From positions 24,552,001-24,616,000 of the forward strand of contig NC_135808.1 of NCBI RefSeq assembly GCF_964213995.1: DNA of 64,000 bases, read 5' to 3'. The notes below the pieces were generated by a model. That model was not told where the DNA came from, did not search any database, and worked only from the letters and a program-made list of their open reading frames with translations. Shown piece after piece: positions 38,428 to 50,445 of the stretch. How positions within the stretch are numbered: position 1 is the stretch's first letter; each line of letters starts with the position of its first letter. The position numbers and the translations under genes were made by a program. Source of the stretch: Mustelus asterias (lineage: Eukaryota).

Positions 38428-39620
38428 TGAGATTCTCCAAAAAAAAAGTGTCGAATTCACAATTTTTTCAGTGGGACTTTGGAAATGAATCTCCCACACT
38501 CTGCATCACGGAGTACACGAGTGCGAATCTCGCTAAAAATCAGTGGGCAGGGACTATTCTCGCTGGAGAGGCCGGCAGCAGAGTGTTGAGCAGGCCACTG
38601 TGCATGCACGATCTCTCAGTGCCGAGATTGGCACATGCGCAGTAGCCCCGCACTGCGAACCTCCCGATCGCTGGCCAACTCATTCGCTGGCCAACTCATT
38701 TGGCTTTTGCTACCAAATAAACCTGTTGGACTTTAACCTGGTGTTGTTAAACTTCTTACTGTGTTTACCCCAGTCCAACGCCGGCATCTCCACATCACAA
38801 CTCATTCGCTGGCCAGCCCCACGACCCTGACATCGCTGCCCCTCCAACTCCCCCATGGACCGATCACTGGCACCCCGGACGTGTCTGGGCCAACATTGCC
38901 CATCCTCCCCACCCCTCCAGTCCACCTCAATCTCCCGCCAGCAGTCCCAATCTCCCCCACAGTCCTGAACCCCCACCCCACAGCCCTGACCTCTCCCACA
39001 CCCTACCCCCTGACAGACGGACCTTCCCCCTCTTGTGGCCAGCCCCGATCGCTGTCCTCCCTCCCTCTGTCACTCAGCCCAAGTGCAGAGTGGCAGCGGG
39101 ACACCCCACCCCCCCAATCCATCAATCAACATCCCCCCCCCCCCCCAGACACCCTGCCCCCATCAGGCCATGCTACATTAGGCCCCACCCCTTGACATTG
39201 CCCAATGCCCCCCCCCCCCATTGGGCAGTGCCAAGTTGCCCCAACTGGGCATTGGCACCTTGCCCCTTGGGCAGTGCTGGGGGGCCAGGCTGGCACTGAC
39301 AAGCTGGCAATGCACAGGAGGGGGAACCCTTTCTACCCCCGCCCCCTTCACTCCATTGGGGTCAGGCCGCCAGCAAGTGGGGATCTGTTGTGAACCCGAC
39401 TGGGGTGAAACACTCCTGGCGGGACGCGGGGTGGAGACGCTGGCGGGCCCGGAGAATTCCGTCCCAGGCCCGCTAATTAGATTGAAATCATGGTTTAAAT
39501 AAATGATACAGCTCCGCGCCGGAAATCCGGCGTGCAGCGGGAAGCTCGCTGCACAGCCCCCGCTATAGTCTCCCTGCACCCTGCGCTGCTAAAGTAGCAC
39601 AATGCGCTGGGAGAATCGCA
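38428..39620. repeat. GC-rich interspersed repeat with short inverted ends (related sequence at about 1860-2730, 16831-17680, 19700-20600 and 51360-52260)
   Basis: GATTCTCC...GGGAGAATC ends and shared internal motifs (attctcgctggag, cacatgcgca); family not identified. Confidence 0.45.
38701..38798 (+). mobile_element. Short Penelope terminal fragment (similar fragments at about 4735-4818 and 21840-21955)
   Basis: ctaccaaataaacctgttggactttaacctgg...ctccacatc, flanked by duplicated aactcattcgctggcca. Confidence 0.75.
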
Positions 39621-39660
39621 ACACATTTCTTTACCACAATTAAACACAAAGTTTGTTTCC

Positions 39661-39822
39661 CAATCAGCTTTGTGTCTATTCTGCCGGAGACTAATGACTC
39701 ACACAATGTTTTTATTCTGATTGGTCCAATCAGTTTGCAGTAAGTTACCGGAACAGGAACACCTTTTCCTGGAAATACAGGACACAGCTAACGGGCTGAG
39801 AACTCCAAATGTTTCCCCCAAC
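39661..39822 (+). promoter_or_regulatory. Copy C truncated proximal promoter (TGACTCA 39695-39701, CTGATTGG/CCAATC)
   Basis: Partial homology to the A/B/D proximal promoters; no X1-X2-Y module visible. Confidence 0.45.
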
Positions 39823-42800
39823 ATGAGGGAAGCAGCAATGATTGGACTGATAGAGCTGGTCCTTCTGTGTGGAGAGGTGTCTGCAGGTGAGTGATGGGGT
39901 GTGAGAGGGGCAATGCCAGGCTGGGTACTGGAGCATTAACCGTGGGTCAGTGAGTGATGGGGTGTGAGAGGGGCAATGCCAGGCTTGGTACTGGGGCATT
40001 AACCCTGGGTCAGTGAGTGATGGGGTGTGAGAGGGGCAATGCCAGGCTGGGTACTGGGGCATTAACCCTGGGTCAGTGAGTGATGGGGTGTGAGAGGGGC
40101 AATGCCAGACTGGGTACTGGGGGATTATCCCTGGGTCAGTGAGTGATGGGGTGTGAGAGGGGCAATGCCAGGCTGGGTACTGGGTTTCTTAAAGGAGGGA
40201 AACTGGGATGTGAGGAAAATGAGAGCAGGGACGTGGGATTGGAGATCGAGGAGCGAGACAGAGAAAGGGAGAGGTTGAAGCATTACAGGAACAGGAGGGG
40301 AATAATCTAAACTCCATTTTCTGCATCCCCACAAAAATCCATCTCAATTTTGAAAGCTGCAATTGATCCACAACAGCTGCAGCTTCTTGCGGGAAAGAGG
40401 ATTTCAGATTTCCACAACCATTTTGGTGAGGAGGTTCCTGGCTGAAGACAGCAGGCAGCAACCAGGAAAGAGAGAGTGAGTGTAGATGAATAGCAGAGAC
40501 TGGTTAAAGGCTTCAGTAAGAAGTCTCACAACACCACGTTAAAGTCCAACAGGTTTATTTGGTAGCAAATACCATAAGCTTTCGGAGCGCTGCTCCTTCA
40601 TCAGATGGAGTGGAAATCTGCTCTCAAACAGTGCAAACAGACAGAATCAAGTTGCAGAATACTGATTAGAATGCGAATACTACAGCCAGCCAGGTCTTAA
40701 ATGTACAGACAATGTGGGTGGACGGAACATTAAACACAGGTTAAAGAGATGTGTATTGTCTCCAAACAGAACAGCTCGTGAAATTTTGCAAGTCCAGGAG
40801 GCAAGCTGTGGGGGTTACTGATAATGTGACATAAATCCAACATCCCGGTTTAGGCCGTCCTCATGTGTGCGGAACTTGGCTATCAGTTTCTGCTCAGCGA
40901 CTCTGCGCTGTCGTGTGTTGTGAAGGCCGCCTTGGAGAATGCTTACCTGAAGATCCAAGGCTGAATGCCCATGACTGCTGAAGTGCTCCCCCACAGGAAG
41001 AGAACAGTCTTGCCTGGTGATTGTCGAGCGGTGTTCATTCATCCGTTGTCGTAGCGTCTGCATGGTTTCCCCAATGTACCATGCCTCGGGACACCCTTTC
41101 CTGCAGCGTATCAGGTAGACAACGTTGGCCGAGTTGCAAGAGTAGGTGCCGTGTATCTGGTAGATGGTGTTCTCACGTGAGATGATGGCATCCGTGTCGA
41201 TGATCCGGCACGTCTTGCAGAGGTTGCTGTGGCAGGGTTGTGTGGTGTCGTGGCCATTGTTCTCCTGAAGGCTGGGTAGTTTGCTGCGGACAATGGTCTG
41301 TTTGAGGTTGCGTGGTTGTTTGAAGGCAAGAAGTGGGGGTGTGGGGATGGCCTTGGCGAGATGTTCGTCTTCATCAATGACATGTTGAAGGCTCCGGAGG
41401 CTCCACTCCATCTGACGAAGGGGCAGCGCTCCGAAAGCTTATGGTATTTGCTACCAGATAAACCTGTTGGACTTTAACCTGGTGTTGTGAGACTTCTTAC
41501 TGTGTTCACCCCAGTCCAACGCCGGCATCTCCACATAAAGGCTTCAGCAACAGTGCACGATTAGAGAGAGAGAGAGCAGCAGAAGTATAGTGTCATAGAA
41601 TCCCTGCAGTGCAAAAGAAGGCTATTTAGCCCATCGAATCTGCACTGAGAACAATCCCACCTGGGCCCTATTCCCGTAACCCCATGTATTCATCCTACTA
41701 ATCATCTTGACACTAAGGGGCAATTTAGCATGGCCCATCAACCGAACCCGCACATCTTTTGAATGTGGGAAGAAACCGGAGAACCTGGAGGAAACCTACG
41801 GGGAGAACGTACAAATTCCACGCAGACAGTCACCCGAGGCCGGAATTGAACCCGGGTCCCTGGTGCTATGAGGCAGCAGTGCTAACCACTCTGCCACCGT
41901 GCTACCCATATAATCAGACCCAGTAAAAGACTCCCAGCAGCAATGCATGAATAGCGAGAGAGTGTGTGTAAAGGAATAGCACAGGCCTAGTTAGGGACTC
42001 CAGCGCAATGCACAATTGGAGAGTGATGGGGAGGGAGGAGAAATCAGACCTGGCTGGAGACTCCAGCATTTCTACAATTCCTTAGCTGATGTCCTGAGGA
42101 AGATTCTGGATGACTGGAGTCTTTTCAGCCTAAGTGACTTCAACAATGTGTTGGGACAGACAGTGATCATGGCCATTGTGCCTCGGTCATCACGGTGTGA
42201 GCAAGATCATCGATAATTATATTTGACCGAATGCATGGGACTTCTATGCTGAGGACTCTCAGGGGAACTGTATTGTGGAAGCACATCACTGCACCAATAC
42301 CTCTGGTGGGTCTGTTGTGCGAGTCAGACAGTTATATCCAGCTTCTAAGCACCTTCTGGAGCTTTGCCATCTGAATGAACTCTCCATCACCAACACTTAC
42401 CCCCAGGGCAAACATTGCCTCAAAGTATCGTGGCATCGCTCAAGGTGTAACCCTGGCACCAACTAGACCTGCGTAATCAAGAGGAGACACAATCTGCCCA
42501 GCTTTCTCCACACCCACACCAAGCACAGAGCAGATTGTGATAGTGCCCACTGTCCTGTCCGTCGCAGTGTGAAACTGCATCCCTGAATAATTCACAGTCC
42601 CAAACACCATGGCCTGTCGCGTGTTAATGGGTTCGTACCCTGATGTCCCTCTCTGTGTGGGTGTTGATGGTTAGGGGTTCAAATCCTGATATCTGTGTGT
42701 CAGCGTTTTTAGGGTGCATATCCTGAATTTCTCTCCCTCTCTGTTTTTCAGGCTCTCACTCTCTGCGGTATTTCCTCTCGGGAATGACCCCGGTCCCCGG

Positions 42801-45800
42801 TTTCCCAGAGTTTGTAGCTGTCGGTTATGTGGACGATGTCCAGTTTGTTGTGTACGACAGTGATCGGAGGGAACTAATCCCCCGGGAGCAGTGGATGGTG
42901 GAGAGCGAGGGGCTTGAGTCCTGGGAGCGGAAGAAGATGCTTGTACAGGAGCAGGAACGGTATTCCAAAGCCGATATTCCGCTCTTCATGTCTCGGGCCA
43001 ACCAGTCAGGAGGTGAGTGCTCACTCTCCCACAACTCTGGGATCAAGTTGGTCAATGTGGCTCCTCCCAGTGTAGTTGGCATTGATTGGCTGTGTGTGTG
43101 GTGCTCCCAAGTGACACTGTCTCTGATTGGTTGTTTGTGTTTCTGATCCACAGGGATCCATGTCTACCAGACGATGACTGGCTGTGACCTGAGGGATGAT
43201 GGGACCACGAGTGGATTCAACCAGTTTGGGTGGGACGGAAAAGATTTTATCAGCTTTGACAAGGATCACATGGTGTGGGTGACCCCGATCACATGGGGAG
43301 AGATCATCAAAAACAATTTGGACAGGGACATAGCCAACAGCAAGGGATGGAAAAGTTACCTAGAGGGAGAGTGTATCGAGTGGCTGAAGAAATATCTGGA
43401 GTATGGACAGAGAGAACTGAGAGTTGGTGAGTTGGTAAGTGAGAGATGAGATGCCCGGGACTCTCTATCTCAAGGTTCCTGTACTGACTCCTCTTTCTTT
43501 CTCTCTCAGTTGCCCCCGTCGTGTCCTTTACCCGCCTGGGTGATTCTAACCAGCTGTCCTGTGCCGTCACCGGGTTTTACCCTCAAGCCATCGAGGTGAA
43601 TCTGTGGAGAGACGGAGTGGTGATTGATGAGACTCTGTCCAGTGGGATCTTACCCAATCACGACAGCACCTACCAGATCCGGAAATGGGTAGAGTTTGAT
43701 CCAGAGGACCAGGCCGAGTATTCCTGTCGGGTGGAACACAGCGGGATGAAGGAGACACTGGTGGTGATTTACGGTAAGACTGTTTCTCACTGTTAGAGAG
43801 GACACAGCCTCAGGCCAGGATCACAAGAGGGAGGGTCAGTGCTGAGCCTGAGACCCAGGATACAGAGAATGGGAAATAAATATTAATCTTCAATACTTTA
43901 TTTATCATGGCGCTACCTTTAGAGGACAGTAATTGTGTGTCCAGGGATTTAATGTGAAATGTGCCCCTATTATTTGGCTACTAATTCAAACTCTTTGCAA
44001 ACATTTCAGTTTAGTCGGACAAAGGACAGAAGCCGAGTCTATTCCACTTAATAATCTATTTAACACTTTAAGTACCAAACTCAAACTTACAACAGTTGCA
44101 ACATTTTAACTCTTTTTGTGGACATTAATTCTTTAACTGAACATTAATTCTCATTCCTTAACTGCAAACAGATATTCTAATCCTTTAACTGGAAATAGAT
44201 ATGTCCTGGTTTAGAGTAAAATGTCTGTTCCCGATGTAGAACTTTCCTCAGCGTCTTTCTCTGAAGATGTTCTGCAGGGTACACTTCTTGCGATGGTTGA
44301 TCTCTGGAGTTATTGCTGGAAACAAAGGGCTGACGTGTGCCTTTACCCCCAAAACTGTTCTCACTTTCCAGAAAATTCTGTAACACCCAGCCAATGGTGT
44401 AACTGGGAACTGATCATGTTGCTCGACCAAGCCAATGAATTACTTGTAACCGATTCCACAATGCTCACTCAAGCCTGCATGCAGGACACATAGCTTATCC
44501 TCTGTCGGTGCCATCAGGTCTAACTCAAAGTAAACAACTTCCCATATTTGGTCAGTACAGGAACTAGAACAAGGAACAGGCCCTTCGGCCCTCCAAGCCT
44601 GCACTGACCATGCTGCCCAACTTAACTAAAACCCCCTACCCTTCCGGGGACCATATCCCTCTATTCCCAAAGAACAGTGTCAGGTCACAGTTCACCGGGC
44701 AGACCACATCAAGAACAGCTTTACGACCTGCATCTGTTTTTAAATATAAGTTGACCAAAAATCTCAGCATGCTTAACCCTCTGCCAGAATCACACTTAGC
44801 GCCATTATTGTTGTTAAAGAACAACTGCAATAATGATTTTATCTGTCTGCACCCCATTGTATCCTGGGATATTACAGGTGAAAGGGCACAGAGTATCCTG
44901 GGATATTACGGTGCAACAGATTCCAGTGTATCCTGGGAAATTATAGTACGTCACACTGCAGTGTATCCTGGGAAATTACAGGAGGGGTAGGGCCCAGAGT
45001 ATCCTGGGACATTACAGTGCAACACAATCCAGTCGATCCTGGTGTATTACAGTGCGCCAGGATCCAGTGACTCGTGAGATATTTCAGGAGGGATGGGGCT
45101 TGGTGTATCCTGGAATATTACAGCATGACAGGGCCCAGTGCATCCTGGGAAATAACAGGAAGCACAGGAACCATTGTATCGATGGATATTACAGTAAGAC
45201 AGGGCTGTGTATCATGAGCTATTATAGTTGGTCAGGGTGCAGTATATCTGGGATATTACAGCCTGACAGGACATGGAGTATCCTGGGATGTTACAGTATG
45301 ACAGGATGCAGTGTATCCTGGGATATTACTGGATGACGGGACTCAATGTCTGTTGGAATTTTAGAGAAGGGACAGGGCCTGGTGTGCTTGGGATTTCAGA
45401 GGAGGGATAGGACCTGGTGTATTGGGATATTGCAGGATGGCAGGGCCCAGTGTCTGCTGTGATATTACAACCTGAGAGGACCCAGTGTGCCCTGGGATGT
45501 TATATTAGGACAAGGCCCAGTGTATCCTGGGATATTACAGTAGGATAGGACCCAGTGCATCCTGGGAGTTTACTTCAGTCAGCTTCAGATCAGAGTTCAG
45601 AAAAATAACTCCTTCTATTGGAGAGAATTCATGAAAATCTAGAAATCAAAAAATATAACAATGAATAGTCAGCATGGATATTGAAATGGAAAATCTTGTT
45701 TTTCTCCACTGAGTGGATTTTTTGAGGATGTAACAGAGGGAGGAGACAATGTAATAGATATAATTTAATATGATTTTTCAAATGTAATCGATAACATAGC

Positions 45801-48202
45801 TCATGATAGATTAATGAATCGGGTCAAAGAATGTGGATTTAGACGATAAGTGACAGAATGGATTGCTCGTTGACTTTGAGACAGAAAGCAGAGAGTGTGA
45901 GTAAAGGGAGTTATTCAGAGTGATGGAAGGTGTTCCACAAGGATCAGTGCTGGGATTACTGCTCTTCATGCTTTACACTCACTGATTTGGACATTGGAAT
46001 CAAAATAAAATTGACCAATTTGCAGATGACACCAAATTGGGGGAATTATTTAATACTAAGGAGAACTTCAAGAAATTAATAGGACGTTAATAAACTTGTC
46101 GAATGAGCAAATAATTGGTGAATGGAGTTCAGCACAGATGAATAAGACGTAGTTTTCTGTTAAGTGACCTCCCGATACATCCTTATTACGAGGAAGGTGC
46201 AGGTCTGGATGAGGTTGAGGAGCAAAGGTGTACAAATACACCAATTAGACACAGGTTAGACAAGGCCATAAACAAACCAAACGAAAAACCAGGTTTCATT
46301 TCTTGATGGATAGGATTGTCAAATATGGACGTTATTTGTAAACCTGTATGAAACCTACATTATAGCACATTTAGAGTACCATGTGCAGTTCCAGTCACCA
46401 TCTCATACAAAGGATATAGAGTCAGGGGAGAGAGTGTGGAGAAGATTTACAGAGATGATTCCAGAAATGAGTGGGTGGAAATCTCAGGAAAGGATTGACC
46501 GGCTGGGTCTCTGCTCTCGGGAAAACAGAAGGCTGAGGGTTGATCTAATCGAGGTCTTTAAATTTATGAAAGATGTTTTATAGATCAGACACATGGAGAA
46601 TGTTTCCTCTTGTGGAAAGATCATAACAAGGTCATCAATACAAGACAGTCACCAAAAAATCCAATGGGCAATTCAGGAGAAACCTCTTTACCCAGAGTGG
46701 TGAGAATGTGAGCTCACTACCACAGGGAGTGGCTGAACTGAACAGTATAGTTTAAGGGGAAGATAGACAAGCAAATGAGGGAGAAGGGAATAGAGTTAAA
46801 ATGGTTGTTTTAGATGAGGAAAGATGGGAGGAGGCTCAAGTGGAACATAAATACCAGCATCAACTGGATGGGCTGAATGGCTGGTTTCTGTGTTGTATAT
46901 CCTGTGTTTCCTGATTCTCTCTCTCTCTAATTCATTCTGTCTCATTTTTCTTTCCCGTTTTATGGGCGGCACAGTAGCACAGGGGTTAGCACTGCTGCCT
47001 CACAGCACCAGGGACACAGGTTCGATTCCCGGCTTGGTCACTGTCTGGATGGAGTTTGCATGTTCTCCCCGTGTCTGCGTGGGTTTCCTCCGGGTGCTCT
47101 GCTTTCCTCCCACAGTTCAAAGATCCACTGGTTAGGTGGATTGGCCGTGCTAAATTGCCCCTTAGTGTCAGGGGGTTTGCAGGTTAAATACATGTTACAG
47201 GGATAGGGCATAGATGGGATTGTTGTCAGTGCAGACCTGATGGGCCGAATGGCCTCCGTCTGCACTGTCGGGATTCTATGATTCACTCTCACATTCTCTG
47301 CCTCTCTCATTCTCTTTTTCCCCCTCTCTGCTTCTCACTTTTCCCTCTCCCTGATTCACTCAGTCTCTCTGATTCTCTCTCTCTAACAGAACCAAAGTCT
47401 CGCTCCCAGGTTGCTGTTACTGTCGGGATTGTGGTCGGGGTCCTCGTGCTCATCGCTCTCATCATTGTGGCTGTCGTCACCTACAACAAGAAAGGTAGGA
47501 ATTGGAGGGAAAAGAGCAGCTCCTCACTGGGGGGAGGGATTGTGGGAGAGTATTCCAGGGTGGGGGTGGCTCAGGCTGTGGGTCTCAGGTTGGTGTGGGG
47601 GGGGGCACAGAGTGGGTGGAAGAGCTGCAGGGTTGGGATAGGAAGGGTAAGGGGCTCATGATAAAGAGGGAGTGTCTGAGAATTGTGGGAAGAGTCTCAG
47701 ATTGGATGAGGAGCTCAGGGTATCAGTGAGGGGCTGAGGTCAGTGTGGGAGTGAGGGTCTAAGGTCAGAGAGAGGGTCACTGGCAAGGGCAAAGTGAGGG
47801 TCTTAGGTTGTGGTGGGAGTGAAGGTTCAGAATTGTGTTGTCGGGGCTCAGTGCGAGCGAGAGTTCCAGCCTCTGTCTCTGATTTTCTCTCAGTCTCGTC
47901 ACTCAATGAACATTCCATGTTTTACAGGGAGAGGGAAGAGTGACTACAATCCTGCAAAGAGTAAGCTGATCATCAAACATCATCTGTATCTCTGTGTAAT
48001 GTGTGAATCATTGTTCATTCTGTGTCAAATATACTCAACCAAATGGTGTGTGTATGTATGTGTGTGTGTCTCTTTCTCTATGTATCTATATCTTGTGCAC
48101 AGTCTCTGTCTCTCTGATAATGAACAGTTTTTAATGTCTCTCCCTCCTTTAACAGCTTCTGATGGTGGGGATTCCTCATCCAGCTCCTCCACGCGTTCCT
48201 GA
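39823..48202 (+). CDS. MHC class I heavy chain, nonclassical-looking (copy C); join(39823-39886,42752-43012,43154-43426,43510-43773,47390-47494,47928-47960,48156-48202), 348 aa
   Basis: Same exon sizes and phases as B, canonical splice sites and an open frame. Tail is GRGKSDYNPAKTSDGGDSSSSSSTRS*. Confidence 0.92.
40572..40608 (-). ncRNA. Minimal hammerhead ribozyme motif
   Basis: CCAT-CTGATGA-A-GGAGC-AGC-GCTCC-GAAA-GC-TT-ATGG. Confidence 0.7.
41408..41444 (+). ncRNA. Minimal hammerhead ribozyme motif (Penelope pLTR)
   Basis: CCAT-CTGACGA-A-GGGGC-AGC-GCTCC-GAAA-GC-TT-ATGG: core boxes, stem I, stem II and palindromic AGCT stem III. Confidence 0.7.
41594..41907 (-). mobile_element. HE1-like V-SINE
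   Basis: Full head, core and tail. Confidence 0.8.
42060..42620 (+). mobile_element. Decayed RTE-clade LINE endonuclease remnant
   Basis: FYNSLADVL...SDFN and LLELCHLNELSITNT...KVSW...WHQLDL resemble APE motifs of RTE elements. Confidence 0.55.
42752..43012 (+). CDS. Copy C exon 2 (alpha1)
   Basis: GSHSLRYFLSGMTPVPGFPEF...SRANQSG. Confidence 0.92.
43154..43426 (+). CDS. Copy C exon 3 (alpha2)
   Basis: IHVYQTMTGCDLRDDG...ECIEWLKKYLEYGQRELRV. Confidence 0.92.
43510..43773 (+). CDS. Copy C exon 4 (alpha3, Ig C1)
   Basis: LSCAVTGFYPQAIEVNLWRDG...YSCRVEHSG. Confidence 0.92.
44855..45570. repeat. Degenerate tandem repeat in intron 4 (also 61720-62150, and flanking the Penelope in B)
   Basis: Recurrent gtgtatcctgggatattacag. 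Confidence 0.75.
45600..46905 (+). mobile_element. Old decayed CR1 in intron 4 (paralogous at about 28420-29770 on minus and about 62190-63470 on plus)
   Basis: QFQSPSHTKDIESGERV...RRLRVDLIE present in B, C and D. Confidence 0.7.
46963..47282 (+). mobile_element. HE1-like V-SINE in intron 4 of C
   Basis: Full head, core and tail. Confidence 0.82.
47390..47494 (+). CDS. Copy C exon 5 (TM)
   Basis: EPKSRSQVAVTVGIVVGVLVLIALIIVAVVTYNKK. Confidence 0.88.
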
Positions 48203-48574
48203 GGTATGAACTGTGTTGATAAATATTGGGAGCTGATCCTTCTAACTTGGATATTCCCGCTGGATTTAGCTGTACAATCTGGTGGGTGGGATGTGAGCTC
48301 AGTGTCTGTCTCTCGCTGTATAGTCACTAAAGAGCAGCCCATCCAATCCAACACTGAGCTTTGAGACTGGCCTTCTGGAGACGGCTGCTCCTGTACAGTC
48401 TGAGGGTGGAGACATTGTGGGTGTTGAGGTATAGAGACATCCGGAAACGTCTCACCCTGGACAGCCTCCTCTCAGCTGCTCAATTTCTTTCAGGAAGTCG
48501 TAATTCCCTGAGATTTCCCTGAAGTTGGTCACTGGGCTGTGCCACTCCCACAGGATTTAACATCAGTCTTGTTT

Positions 48575-48812
48575 TGTCTGTGTGGAGTTTGCACATTCTC
48601 CCCGTGTCTGCGTGGGTTTCCTCTGGGTGCTCCGGTTTCCTCCCACACTCCAAAGATGTACAGGTTATGTTGATTGGCTGTGCTAAATTACCCCTTACTG
48701 TGAGGGGGATTAACAGGATAAATACATGGGGTTACAGGAATACGCCCTGGGTGGGATTGTTGTCGGTTCAGGCTCGATGGGCTGAATGGCCTCCTGTGCT
48801 GTAGGGATTCTG
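48575..48812 (+). mobile_element. 5'-truncated HE1-like V-SINE
   Basis: Core and tail only. Confidence 0.75.
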
Positions 48813-49499
48813 TGACACATGATGGGTCTGTTCTTTCACTGGATGTTTGGGGTTCGGAGTGGATCTTAGGGGTTTAGCTGGCATTTGGGGCTCTGATGGG
48901 TTTAGCTGGCGTTTCGGGCTCTGATGGGTTTAGCTGGCGTTTGGGGCTCTGATGGGTTTAGCTGGCGTTTGGGGCTCTGAGGGGTTTAGCTCGTGGTGCG
49001 TGGTTGGAATGTTGAATGATAGAAAATGTATGTTTGAGAGCGAGGCCATTCAGCCCATCATGTCCCTGCCTGTTAATGAAGAGCTCTCCAGCCTCATCTC
49101 ACCTTCCTGTACTCGGCCTGCAGCTCTGTAGATCACAGCTCTTCAACTCGACATCCAAGAATTGACTCAATGTGGTGTGAGTTTCTGCCTCTACCATCCT
49201 TTTAGACAGTGAGTCCCGGGTCCCTCCCACCCTCTGGGTGAAAAACTCTTTCCTCATTTCCACTCTGATCTTTCTACCAATTACTTTAAATCTGTGCCCT
49301 CTGGTTTTTGACCCTCTGTGAGGGTAAATGTGTCATCTCTATTTACCATGGCTCCTCATAATTATATCCACCCCAATTAAATCTCCCCTCGGCCTCCTCT
49401 ATTCTACAGAATCCTATTCCAGCCTATCCGCTCTTTCCTCACAGTGAACATTCTCCAGTCCTGTCCACATTAAACACTCTCCTCTGCATTCTTTCCAGT

Positions 49500-50445
49500 A
49501 CATAGAAACCAGAAGCAGGAGTAGGCCATTTGGCCCTTCAAACCTGCTCTACACTGAGGGAGAATTTAGCATAGCCAATGCACCTAACCAGCACGTCTCT
49601 CAGACTGTGGGAGGAAACCGGAACATCTGGAGGAAACCCACGCAGACACGGGGAGAACGTGCAGATTCTGCACAGACAGTGACCTAAGTTGGAAATCGAA
49701 CCCGGGCCCCTGGCGCTGTGAGACAGCAGTTCCAATCATCAAATTCAATATGCTGATCCACCCTTCCTCCCATATCCCTTGATCTCTTTAGCCCCAAGAG
49801 CTACATCTAATTTCTTCTTGAAATCAGACGTTTTTGCTTCAACTACATTGTGTGGTAGTGAATTCCACATATTCACCACCCTCTGGGTGAAGAAATTTCC
49901 CCACACCTTAGTTCTAAATGTTTTACCCCTTATACACAAACTATGGCCCCTCGTCCTGGACTCCCCCTCCATTGGGAACATCTTTTCTGAATCTACCCGC
50001 TCTAATCCTGTTAGAATTTTATAATTTCTATGAGATCCCCTCTCACTCTTCTAAACTCCAGTGAATATAATCCTAACTGACTTTGTCCTGCCATCCCAGG
50101 AACCAGCCTGGTATACCTTCATTGTACTCCCTCCATAGCAAGGACATCCTTCCTCAGATAAGGATACCAAAACTGCACACAATACTCCAGGGGTGGCTTC
50201 ACTAATGCCCTATACAATTGCAGTAAAACATCCCTATTATTATGTTCAAATCCTCTCGCTCTGAAGGCCAGCAGACCATTTGCCTTCTTTATTGCTTGCT
50301 GTACTTTACTTTCAGCGACTGATGCATGAGGACATCAAGGTCTCGCTGAGTATCCACCTCTCTCCATTGACACCCATTCAAATAATAATCTGTCTTCCTA
50401 TTATTGCTACCAAAGTGGATAACCTCATATTCATCGACATTATAT
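49500..50445 (-). mobile_element. CR1-clade LINE 3' fragment with a nested SINE (49550-49730)
   Basis: ESRTRGHSL...FFTQRVVNMWNSLP; 3' UTR. Confidence 0.8.

Larger units (their letters stand above)
40517..41535 (-). mobile_element. Penelope-like element with an inverted terminal segment, in intron 1 of copy C
   Basis: GIY-YIG ORF 40815-41411; 12-bp target duplication TAAAGGCTTCAG at 40505-40516 and 41536-41547. Confidence 0.92.

Noticed and set aside
43970-44850. C-specific insertion in intron 4
   Set aside because: It is probably a mobile-element remnant with a small CR1 tail, but has no diagnostic termini or coding motif.
27152-48202. Naming the genes UAA, UBA, MR1 or CD1
   Set aside because: Anchor losses argue against classical status, and the lineage cannot be assigned without a phylogeny.
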